Notes under the pieces: generated by a model
Told to the model about the DNA's origin: nothing
The model's input: only the letters and a program-made list of their open reading frames with translations
The model's database searches: none
Part shown: positions 10,103 to 17,595 of the stretch, piece by piece
How the letters are laid out: each line of letters begins with the position of its first letter
Numbering within the stretch: the first letter of the stretch is position 1
NCBI GenBank assembly: GCA_963846545.1
Contig: CAWJWG010000001.1
Span: 2,550,735 to 2,614,734, forward strand
Direction of reading: 5' to 3'
From: an uncultured Gemmatimonadales bacterium
GTDB taxonomy: Bacteria; Gemmatimonadota; Gemmatimonadetes; Gemmatimonadales; GWC2-71-9
Length of the DNA: 64,000 bases
Program-made: the position numbers and the translations under genes

Positions 10103-11653
10103 ATGTCAAACGGAAGTCCCCGAAACCGGGTCGTCCTGGTGGTTCTGGACGGCTGGGGATATCGGCGCGAGCGCGAAGGGAACGCCATCGAGCTGGCATC
10201 CACCCCGGTCTGGCACCGGCTCTGGGGCAGCTTTCCGCGCACGCTGCTGGAGGCCAGCAGTCTGGCGGTCGGCCTTCCCGAAGGCCAGATGGGCAACAGT
10301 GAGGTCGGCCACCTGAACATCGGCGCCGGCCGAGTGGTCCCCCAGGACCTCGTCCGCATCTCCCAGAGCATCCAGTCCGGGGAATTCTACCAGATTCCGC
10401 ACTTGGTTGAGTTGTGTACCGGCCTGCGCCAGACCGGGGGCACCCTGCACTTGGTCGGGCTGCTCGGGCCGGGGGGCGTTCACGCCCTCGACCGGCACCT
10501 GCTCGCGTGTGTAGAGCTGGGGATCCGCCACCGGGTGCCGGGGATCGCGATCCACGGCTTCCTCGACGGCCGCGACTCGGCGCCAACACTGGGCGCGGAA
10601 GTGGTGCGGACGCTGCTCCAGGACATGCGGCGCATCGCGGGCCCGCGGGTGGAGGTCGCATCCCTCACCGGACGGTATTTCGGGATGGACCGCGACCGCC
10701 GGTGGGACCGCACCCGGCTCGCCTACGACGCCATGGTGCACGGGATCGGCACGCCGGTGGAGCACCCGGTGATGGCGGTGCAGGCCGCCTACCAGCGCGG
10801 CGAGACCGACGAATTCATCCGTCCCCTGGTTCACCACCGCAACGGCGAGCCGGTGGCCATCATGCGGGATGGCGACGGGGTCCTTTTCTTCAACTACCGC
10901 AGCGATCGGATGCGTCAGATCGTGAGCGCGATGGCGGTGGACGGCTTCGAGGAATTCGACCTGGGCGTCCGTCCCAAGCTCGCCGCCGTCACCATGACGC
11001 AGTACGATCAGACCCTGCCCCTGCCGCAGGCCTTTCCCCCGTTCAGTCTGGCGCGGATCCTGGCGGAGGTGCTGGCCGAGCAGGGGCGGACCCAGTTTCG
11101 CACGGCGGAGACGGAGAAGTATCCGCACGTCACCTACTTCTTCAACGGCGGTTACGAGCCCCCCTATCCAGGGGAGGAGCGGCGGCTGGTCCCCTCGCAA
11201 CGCGTCGCCACGTACGACCTGGCCCCCGCGATGAGCGCGCACGGCATCACCGACGTGCTTTGCGGAGCCATCGAGGCGGGTCAGCACGACTTTCTGCTCT
11301 GCAACTTTGCGAACGCGGACATGGTAGGTCATACGGGAGTCCTGCCGGCGGTCATCCAGGCCGTCGAGACCGTCGACGCCTGCCTCGGGCGGGTGCTCGC
11401 CAGTGCGGACAAGGCGGGCTCGAGCGTCCTCGTCACCGCCGATCACGGGAACTCGGAGATGATGATCGATCCGACGACGGGCGGGGTACACACCGCGCAC
11501 ACGACCAATCCGGTCCCGTTCGTGGCCGTGGGGGCGGAGACGGCGCAGCTCCGGGCGGGCGGAGCGCTCCGCGACGTCGCCCCGACCGTGCTCCGGCTGC
11601 TCGGCATCACGCCTCCGGTGGAGATGACCGGGCGGGACTTGAGGGAGTGCTAG
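10103..11653 (+). CDS. gpmI: 2,3-bisphosphoglycerate-independent phosphoglycerate mutase
   Basis: 516-aa ORF with VVLVVLDGWG, GNSEVGHLNIGAGR and ADHGN motifs. Confidence 0.92.
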   Translation: MSNGSPRNRVVLVVLDGWGYRREREGNAIELASTPVWHRLWGSFPRTLLEASSLAVGLPEGQMGNSEVGHLNIGAGRVVPQDLVRISQSIQSGEFYQIPHLVELCTGLRQTGGTLHLVGLLGPGGVHALDRHLLACVELGIRHRVPGIAIHGFLDGRDSAPTLGAEVVRTLLQDMRRIAGPRVEVASLTGRYFGMDRDRRWDRTRLAYDAMVHGIGTPVEHPVMAVQAAYQRGETDEFIRPLVHHRNGEPVAIMRDGDGVLFFNYRSDRMRQIVSAMAVDGFEEFDLGVRPKLAAVTMTQYDQTLPLPQAFPPFSLARILAEVLAEQGRTQFRTAETEKYPHVTYFFNGGYEPPYPGEERRLVPSQRVATYDLAPAMSAHGITDVLCGAIEAGQHDFLLCNFANADMVGHTGVLPAVIQAVETVDACLGRVLASADKAGSSVLVTADHGNSEMMIDPTTGGVHTAHTTNPVPFVAVGAETAQLRAGGALRDVAPTVLRLLGITPPVEMTGRDLREC

Positions 11654-11655
11654 GC

Positions 11656-12369
11656 ATGACGAGGCCCCAGACGGCAGTCCGGTCGCTCGCGACCGCCATC
11701 GCCCTGCTCACTCCCGGTCTGGCATCGGCGCAGGTGGGCCACGACCCCGGGCGGTCGCCATACCACGACATTCCCAAGGGCCACACCGTCACGCCCCTCG
11801 TCGGCCAGTTCGGGGGCGCCGGCGGGCGCTTCGGCATCGCGCCGCATGACGGCATCGTGTACGGCCTCCGCTACGACATCCGCACCTCGGGCGCCCTCCA
11901 GCTCGGCATCGGCTTCGCCCAGGCGAACCTGGAGCGGCTGATCGTGGATCCCTTCGTGCCGGTGGCCGAGCGGGTCAGCGGCCCGGTGGACCAGAAGGTG
12001 TCCTTCGTCGAGATCGACCTTCAGCTCAATCTCACCGGCGGCAAGACCTGGCATCGGCTCGCGCCGTTCGTGGGCGTCGGAGGCGGACTCACCTTCGCCG
12101 GCGGAACGCCGGCCGACACGAGCGGCTTCAAGCTCGGGCGGAAGATCTACTTGGCCCCGCACGCGGGATTCCGCTTCTTCATCACCGATCGGCTGCACCT
12201 CCGGGGCGACGCCCGCGTGTTGTTCTGGAAGCTCAACTATCCGACCAGCTTCACCCAGGAATCGACGGTCGACCCCGACTCGCCGCCGGTGATCGACGAC
12301 GGTCGCGTAAGCGAGTGGTCCACGTCATCCTGGCTTCAGGCCGGCCTGGGCTACTCTTTCTCCCCGTAG
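11656..12369 (+). CDS. Hypothetical outer-membrane beta-barrel-like protein
   Basis: ATG at 11656, in frame with ORF 10414..12369. Signal peptide MTRPQTAVRSLATAIALLTPGLASAQ, alternating beta-strand pattern, C-terminus LGYSFSP. Confidence 0.55.
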   Translation: MTRPQTAVRSLATAIALLTPGLASAQVGHDPGRSPYHDIPKGHTVTPLVGQFGGAGGRFGIAPHDGIVYGLRYDIRTSGALQLGIGFAQANLERLIVDPFVPVAERVSGPVDQKVSFVEIDLQLNLTGGKTWHRLAPFVGVGGGLTFAGGTPADTSGFKLGRKIYLAPHAGFRFFITDRLHLRGDARVLFWKLNYPTSFTQESTVDPDSPPVIDDGRVSEWSTSSWLQAGLGYSFSP

Positions 12370-12373
12370 CGGA

Positions 12374-12796
12374 ATGCCCGTTTCACTGACGCGCACGGTG
12401 GGGTTCCGCGCGGTGCACCGACTCTACCGGCCGGAGTGGAGCGAGGCCAGGAACCGCGAGGCGTTCGGCCCGCTGAGCGATCCGCCGGGGCACCCGCACG
12501 ACTACCATTGCGCGGTCACGGTCTCCGGGCCGGTCGGCGAGACGAACGGCATGGTGATGGATCTGGGTGATCTCGACCGCGTTCTCGCGGCCGAGGTGGT
12601 CGAGCGGCTCCACGGGAAGCACCTGAACGAGGACGTGCCGGGTCTCTCGGACGGCGGGATGCTGCTCACCTGCGAGACCATTGCCCTGGACCTGTACCGA
12701 CGCATCGCCCCGCGGCTTCCCGCGGGGGTCAGCCTGGAGCGGGTTCGGGTCATGGAGGACCCCTCCCTCTACGCGGACTGTACCGGGCCGGGCTGA
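12374..12796 (+). CDS. 6-pyruvoyl-tetrahydropterin synthase / QueD family (COG0720) protein, non-canonical active site
   Basis: 140-aa ORF that aligns from memory along the full length of PTPS (VHRL, GHPHDY, NGMVMDLGDL, LNEDVPGL). The canonical Cys and Asp-His positions read Leu and His-Gly (see finding). Confidence 0.75.
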   Translation: MPVSLTRTVGFRAVHRLYRPEWSEARNREAFGPLSDPPGHPHDYHCAVTVSGPVGETNGMVMDLGDLDRVLAAEVVERLHGKHLNEDVPGLSDGGMLLTCETIALDLYRRIAPRLPAGVSLERVRVMEDPSLYADCTGPG

Positions 12797-12904
12797 CCGG
12801 TCGCCGGCGGTCCGTGTGTGGGCGGCGGGCGCCGAGGCCGTCTCCACGTTTCGGATGGAATCGGCCGCAGCCTCACGATAGATCACCGATACCGGGACCA
12901 GTTG

Positions 12905-13711
12905 ATGCGCCTTCGCGAACTGCTCGCCGCCGCCGCCATGCTCCTCGCGGCCCACGCCACGCCGGCCCTGGCCCAGGGCACGGGCGACCGGTCGCGTCTC
13001 GTCTTCACCGTCTCCGGCGCCTACATCCAGGGCCGCGGCCTCTGGACCGTGCCGAACCAGCCGGTTCAGGAAGTGATCGTGGGCGGGGGGACGCCGGTGG
13101 TCGACAACTTCCGGCTCAATCGCAGCGTCAACGGAACCTTGGGCGCCGCGTTCTCCGGCATGTATTTCCCGGGCGAGAACCTCGGGGTCACCGCCGACTT
13201 CGTCCTCCTGGGCCTCGGGTACGACGACTCCTGCCAGCTGATCGGACCGGCACAGAGCACGCGGAATGCCCAGGTCTGTCAGGACATCGACCAGCAGACG
13301 AAGTCCGCGGCGGCGGTGACCGTCTCGCTCGGCGGCGTGGCCCGCTTCCTCAGTCGGGAGTTCGTTTCGCCGTTCGTGCGAGCGAACGCGGGCCTGCTCT
13401 TCTCCAACCAGAGCTCGGTCCTGACCCAGGGCGTCACCAACAGCGGCGTGCTGCTCACGGTCTTCGACGACGAGAAGCGGACGCGGGTGAGCCCGTCGCT
13501 GGCGCTCGGCGTAGGGGCCACGATGCAGATCGGCCGCTCCTATCACATCCGGTGGGAGGTGCGGGACAACATCGTGGGGATCGAGGCCGTCACCGGTCCG
13601 ACCGATCAGCCTCGGTTCGAGCCCCCGCACGAGCGGGCCTACAAGCACCTCTTCAGCGTGCTCGTGGGCATCGACGTGGTGCTCGAGCGGAGCCGGGGAC
13701 GGCGATACTGA
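12905..13711 (+). CDS. Hypothetical outer-membrane beta-barrel-like protein
   Basis: ORF 12818..13711, trimmed to the ATG giving signal peptide MRLRELLAAAAMLLAAHATPALAQG. Beta-strand-rich sequence. Confidence 0.55.
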   Translation: MRLRELLAAAAMLLAAHATPALAQGTGDRSRLVFTVSGAYIQGRGLWTVPNQPVQEVIVGGGTPVVDNFRLNRSVNGTLGAAFSGMYFPGENLGVTADFVLLGLGYDDSCQLIGPAQSTRNAQVCQDIDQQTKSAAAVTVSLGGVARFLSREFVSPFVRANAGLLFSNQSSVLTQGVTNSGVLLTVFDDEKRTRVSPSLALGVGATMQIGRSYHIRWEVRDNIVGIEAVTGPTDQPRFEPPHERAYKHLFSVLVGIDVVLERSRGRRY

Positions 13712-14352
13712 CGCGCGGGGCCATCCTCGCGGGGGGAGACGCCACACGATTCGAAGGCCGGCCCAAGGGCCTCGAATCGGTGGGTGGCGAGCGGATCCTG
13801 GATCGACTGGTCCGGGAGATGACGGCGGCCTGTGACGGGCCGCCGTTGCTCGTGGCGAACGCGCCGGATGCCCATGCCTGGCGGCCCGACCTCCGCGTCG
13901 TTCGGGATCTCCGGCCCGGGCTCGGATCGCTGGGAGGACTCTACACCGCCGTCGTGGAAGGGCCGGCGCCCGTCGTGTGCGCGGCGTGGGACATGCCCTT
14001 CGTTCCCGCGGCCCTGCTGCGCAGGCTGGCGGAGGGACTGGAGACCTGCGACGCCTTCATGCCGGAGAGCGGAAGCCGCCGCGGGGTCGAGCCACTCTGC
14101 GCCGCCTACGGGCCGCGCTGCGCCGAGGCCATCCGGGAGCGTCTGGACGCGGGCGACCTCCGGGCCGTCGCCTTCCATGCGCGCATCCGGGTCGGTATCC
14201 TCCCCCTGTCCGAAGTCGCCCGTTACGGCGACCCGGCGCTCATGTTCTTCAATGTGAACACCGCTGACGACCTCGCGCTCACGGACGGCATGTGGCGGCG
14301 ACTCGCTTCATCTCCATCATCGGGCGGAAGAACGCCGGAAAGACCACGCTGA
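13708..14352 (+). CDS. mobA: Molybdenum cofactor guanylyltransferase
   Basis: 3' part of ORF 12814..14352. AILAGGDATRFEGRPKGL and FFNVNTADDL are MobA-like. There is no ATG/GTG/TTG near the expected N-terminus, so the CTG at 13708 is only a provisional start. Confidence 0.65.
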   Translation: MTRGAILAGGDATRFEGRPKGLESVGGERILDRLVREMTAACDGPPLLVANAPDAHAWRPDLRVVRDLRPGLGSLGGLYTAVVEGPAPVVCAAWDMPFVPAALLRRLAEGLETCDAFMPESGSRRGVEPLCAAYGPRCAEAIRERLDAGDLRAVAFHARIRVGILPLSEVARYGDPALMFFNVNTADDLALTDGMWRRLASSPSSGGRTPERPR

Positions 14353-14825
14353 CCGTGGCGCTGGCGAGCGAGTTCGCGCGCCGGGGCCACCGGGTCATGT
14401 CGATGAAGCACACCGATCACCCGGCGCAGGTGGATCAGCCGGGCATGGACAGCTGGCGGCACTTCCACGAGGGGCGGGCGGAGCGGGTGCTGCTGGTGAG
14501 CCCCCAGCTGCGCGTTCTCTTCGATCGCATGCCCGAGGAGTACGACCCGATCGGCCTCGCGCGGGAGTACCTCGCCGGCGCCGACATCGTCCTGGTCGAG
14601 GGATTCAAGCGCTCCCCGCTTCCCAAGATCGAGGTCTACCGCCGCGCGGTGGCACCCGAGCCGATCTACCAGGCCGGCACGCCCAACGCCGATCTGTGGG
14701 TCGCGATCGTCACCGACGATCACGGATTCGACTGCGACCGCCGCGTGCTCCGCTTCAACGACACCATGTGGCTTCAGCTCCTGTCCAATCTCGCCTGGGA
14801 GCACGCGCTGGTCGCCGAGACGTGA
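14292..14825 (+). CDS. mobB: Molybdopterin-guanine dinucleotide biosynthesis adapter protein
   Basis: 177-aa ORF (GTG start) with Walker A IIGRKNAGKTTL and MobB-like HTDH/EGFK motifs. Confidence 0.8.
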   Translation: MAATRFISIIGRKNAGKTTLTVALASEFARRGHRVMSMKHTDHPAQVDQPGMDSWRHFHEGRAERVLLVSPQLRVLFDRMPEEYDPIGLAREYLAGADIVLVEGFKRSPLPKIEVYRRAVAPEPIYQAGTPNADLWVAIVTDDHGFDCDRRVLRFNDTMWLQLLSNLAWEHALVAET

Positions 14826-16075
14826 CCCCTCCGCTCGCCGCGGCCGAGGCCGCGCGCCGCATCCTCGACGAGGTGCGGCGGCAGCCGGCGTTGCGGATGC
14901 CGCTGGACGACGCGCTCGACGCGGTCCTCGCCGAAGACATCGTCAGTCCCCTCGACATTCCCGCCTGGACCAACTCCGCCATGGACGGCTACGCCGTGCG
15001 GGGCGCCGACGTGCGTGCCGCAACGGCCGAGCGGCCGGTGCGTCTCCGCGTCGTCGAGCACCTGCCGGCGGGCCGGTTTCCCACCCGCGTCATCGGCGCA
15101 GGGGAATGCGCCCGTCTCTTCACCGGATCGGTGCTTCCCGACGGCGCCGACACCGTCGTGCGCCAGGAGGATACCGACCAGGGCGCGGAGGTGGTCGCCA
15201 TCGTGCGCGATCCCGGGCAGGGCGCCAACGTCCGGCTCGCGGGCGAAGACATTCGGAAGGGTCGAACGGTGCTGCAGGTCGGTGGCGAGCTCGGGCCGGC
15301 GCAGCTCGGGGTGCTCGCGTCACTCGCGATCGCGAACCCTCTCGTGTTCCGCCAGCCGCGTGTCGCCATCCTCGGCAGCGGCGACGAGATCGTGGACGTG
15401 AACCAGCCCGAGGAGATTCTCAGCGGACGCAAGACCGGCAGCAGCAACACCCACGCGATGCTCGCGCTGGTGCGCCGTGCGGGCGCCGAGCCGGTTCACC
15501 TCGGCATCGCGCGGGACACGCCGGCCAGCCTCCGGGAGCACATCACCCGCGCGCTCGACGCCGATCTGCTGGTGACCACGGCAGGGATCAGCGTCGGGGA
15601 GCACGACCACCTGCGCGAGGTCCTGCGCGAGCTCGGCGTCGACCAGCGGTTCTGGCGGCTGCGCATGCGTCCGGGCGCGCCGGTGGGCTTCGGACTGCTG
15701 GACGGCCTTCCCTGGATCGGGCTGCCGGGCAATCCGGTGAGCACGATGGTCACCTTCGAGCTCTTCGTGCGCCCCGCCATCCGGAAGATGGCCGGCCATC
15801 CGCTTCCCTTCCGCCGGAGCATCCCGGTACGGACCGCCGAGGCGATCAGCCTGACGCCGACCCTTCAGCACTTCCTGCGCGCGGTGGTCACCCATGATGG
15901 CGGAGACCCCCTGGCCCGCCTCACCGGGCCTCAGGGCTCGGGCATCCTGAGCTCGATGCTCCTGGCCAATGCCCTGCTGATCGTCCCGGAGGGCCGGGCC
16001 GAGATCCCCGCGGGGGCCACGCTGCAAGCCCTCATGCTCGACGAGACCGTCCACCGAGCCGACCCCGGCTTCTAG
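14822..16075 (+). CDS. moeA: Molybdopterin molybdenumtransferase
   Basis: ORF 14696..16075, trimmed to GTG 14822, which overlaps the mobB stop (GTGA). SAMDGYAVR, TTAGISVGEHD and GLPGNPVS motifs. Confidence 0.85.
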   Translation: MTPPLAAAEAARRILDEVRRQPALRMPLDDALDAVLAEDIVSPLDIPAWTNSAMDGYAVRGADVRAATAERPVRLRVVEHLPAGRFPTRVIGAGECARLFTGSVLPDGADTVVRQEDTDQGAEVVAIVRDPGQGANVRLAGEDIRKGRTVLQVGGELGPAQLGVLASLAIANPLVFRQPRVAILGSGDEIVDVNQPEEILSGRKTGSSNTHAMLALVRRAGAEPVHLGIARDTPASLREHITRALDADLLVTTAGISVGEHDHLREVLRELGVDQRFWRLRMRPGAPVGFGLLDGLPWIGLPGNPVSTMVTFELFVRPAIRKMAGHPLPFRRSIPVRTAEAISLTPTLQHFLRAVVTHDGGDPLARLTGPQGSGILSSMLLANALLIVPEGRAEIPAGATLQALMLDETVHRADPGF

Positions 16076-16097
16076 CCCCCAAGTCGTTGTGGTGACG

Positions 16098-16121
16098 AGG
16101 CCTCCGCAAGGGGCCTTTTTT
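16098..16121 (+). terminator. Intrinsic terminator downstream of moeA
   Basis: AGGCCTC/GGGGCCT 7-bp stem (one G-U pair) with loop CGCAA, followed by T6, 23 nt after the moeA stop. Confidence 0.7.
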
Positions 16122-16138
16122 GTGTTGCCCTCCCCGGG

Positions 16139-16221
16139 GATGAGATCGAGTTGAGATCGGGGTGAACCCCCTCCGGTAGTCTTGCCGCGTGGAAGGACAC
16201 GACGACCAACACGATCTCATC
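16139..16221 (+). promoter_or_regulatory. Unclassified structured leader: perfect 10-bp inverted repeat enclosing about 63 nt
   Basis: GATGAGATCG (16139-48) and CGATCTCATC (16212-21). The interior holds a GGGG-TGAA-CCCC hairpin (16159-70) and a duplicated GAGATCG (16143-49, 16153-59) that offers an alternative pairing register. It ends 20 nt before the ATG at 16241. Confidence 0.35.
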
Positions 16222-16240
16222 AACTCGCGGGGGGTGCACC

Positions 16241-16759
16241 ATGCAATCGGTTGCTGTGCTGGGTCTCGGAGTCATCGCGCTGACGACCGGCGCGTTCATT
16301 TCGGCGAGCGAGGCGGCAGCGCGAGGCTCGTACTTCGAGGCGGCGGTGATGGGCGCGACCGCGGCGCGTCCCTCCGGCGACGCGGCCTTCGGCATGGTCG
16401 GTGACAGCATCGCCGGTGTGGCGGCCTTCACCATCACGCTCGGTGCGGGGGATTCGTCCGGCGCGATCCTCTTCACCAATCTCGGCGGCGGTGAGCCGCA
16501 GCGAGTTGACGGCAGCCCCGACTCCCTTATCTTCAAACGCAAGAAGGGGAGTAGCTTATCCGCCGGGTGGCGGACCTCCGAATCGTCAGGACTGTCCGCC
16601 AAGTGCGGGCACGGTTCGGTGGGGGGCCGGGAGGATTCTTCCTCCTGCGATCCAGAGCGAGACCTTCGTCCAACGCGCATGGCGCGGTCAGGACGGGGTC
16701 TCGCTCTTTTTTTGACCCCCTCGGATGACGCCTGGCGCGAGCCGAAGAGGAGCGTATGA
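16241..16759 (+). CDS. Candidate small secreted/membrane protein; extent doubtful because the frame reads through the riboswitch
   Basis: 172-aa ORF. The first 90 or so codons have coding-like periodicity (G-rich position 1, GC3 about 80%) and a signal-like N-terminus MQSVAVLGLGVIALTTGAFISASEA. No stop occurs until TGA 16757-59, which overlaps the htpX ATG. Confidence 0.3.
   Translation: MQSVAVLGLGVIALTTGAFISASEAAARGSYFEAAVMGATAARPSGDAAFGMVGDSIAGVAAFTITLGAGDSSGAILFTNLGGGEPQRVDGSPDSLIFKRKKGSSLSAGWRTSESSGLSAKCGHGSVGGREDSSSCDPERDLRPTRMARSGRGLALFLTPSDDAWREPKRSV
16506..16533 (+). promoter_or_regulatory. Sigma70-like promoter for the riboswitch-htpX-terC transcript
   Basis: TTGACG (16506-11), 16-nt spacer, TATCTT (16528-33). 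The predicted TSS near 16540 coincides with the first aptamer nucleotide, and GC drops locally. Confidence 0.45.
16541..16667 (+). promoter_or_regulatory. yybP-ykoY family (Mn2+-sensing) riboswitch aptamer
   Basis: GGGGAGTAG at 16546-54 and GCGAGACC at 16658-64. P1 forms from GAAGG (16543-47) and CCTTC (16663-67). Three further helices (16560-73; 16578-85 with 16612-19; 16630-45) give a four-way junction. A TerC-family gene lies downstream. Confidence 0.7.
16654..16713 (+). terminator. Intrinsic terminator / riboswitch expression platform
   Basis: AGAGCGAGACCTTCGTCC (16654-71) pairs with GGACGGGGTCTCGCTCT (16691-707) in a stem of about 17 bp with one G-U pair and one bulge, followed by TTTTTT(T). 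The 5' arm contains the aptamer 3' strand. Confidence 0.75.
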
Positions 16760-17595
16760 ACAACGTCAAGACATTTGTACTCATGGGAGCCCTGATCGGC
16801 CTGTTCGGCCTGGCGGGGCAACTGGTCGGAGGCTCTCAGGGCCTGATGATGGCCCTGGTCTTCGGTGGTCTCTTCAACTTCATCATGTACTTCTTCTCGG
16901 ACCGGCTGGTGCTTCGGATGTACGGGGCCCATGTCGTGACCGAGGCCGAGGCTCCCGAGCTCTACCGGATGGTCGACCGGCTGCGGCAGCGCGCCGGGCT
17001 TCCCATGCCGGTGGTAGCCGTGGCGCCGCACGAGCAGCCCAATGCGTTCGCCACCGGCCGAAGCCCCAGGAAGGCCGTGGTCGCGGTGACCACCGGCATT
17101 CTGAAGTACATGCCGTCCGAGGAGCTCGAGGGTGTCATCGCCCACGAGCTGGCGCATATCAAGAACCGTGACATGCTCCTCGCCACCATCGCGGCCGGCA
17201 TCGCGGGCGCGCTCAGCAACCTGCCTTACCTGCTGATGTTCGGCGGCGGCAGCAGCGATGACGACGGCGGGCATCCGTTCGCTCAGATCGCGCTCCTGCT
17301 CCTGGCGCCGATCGGCGCGATGCTGATTCAGTTCGGTGTCTCGCGCCAACGCGAGTTCGAGGCCGACCGGGTCGGCGCCCAGATTCTGGGCCGCCCCATG
17401 CCATTGGCGCACGCGCTCACCCGGCTCGATGCGCTGGCGCACCGGATCCCGATGCAGGTGGCGCCGGCGGCCGCGTCGCTGGCCCAGGTGAACCCGCTCG
17501 CGGCGTCCGGCGGCGGCATCGGCCGCCTCTTCATGACGCACCCGCCGACGGCGGAGCGCGTCGCGCGGCTCGAGGCGATGGCGGGGGGCCGGTAG
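16756..17595 (+). CDS. htpX: M48-family membrane zinc protease HtpX
   Basis: 279-aa ORF with HELAHIKNRD (HExxH), N-terminal TM segments and THPPTAERV. GAGGAG Shine-Dalgarno 4 nt upstream of the ATG. Confidence 0.9.
   Translation: MNNVKTFVLMGALIGLFGLAGQLVGGSQGLMMALVFGGLFNFIMYFFSDRLVLRMYGAHVVTEAEAPELYRMVDRLRQRAGLPMPVVAVAPHEQPNAFATGRSPRKAVVAVTTGILKYMPSEELEGVIAHELAHIKNRDMLLATIAAGIAGALSNLPYLLMFGGGSSDDDGGHPFAQIALLLLAPIGAMLIQFGVSRQREFEADRVGAQILGRPMPLAHALTRLDALAHRIPMQVAPAAASLAQVNPLAASGGGIGRLFMTHPPTAERVARLEAMAGGR

Noticed and set aside
10414-14352. Very long 5' extensions of the OMP-like gene (ORF 10414..12369) and of mobA (ORF 12814..14352)
   Set aside because: The extensions run out of frame across gpmI and the second OMP-like gene and translate to Arg/Gly/Pro-rich sequence. 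The real genes start at the signal peptide (11656) and near 13708.
16124-16720. Possibility that the moeA-htpX spacer encodes tmRNA, SRP RNA, RNase P RNA or 6S RNA
   Set aside because: I looked for the tmRNA GGGGCUGA.../T-arm...CCACCA ends, the SRP GGAA/AGCA domain IV and the RNase P GAGGAAAGUCC motif, and found none. The GGGGAGUAG...GAGACC pair fits yybP-ykoY instead.
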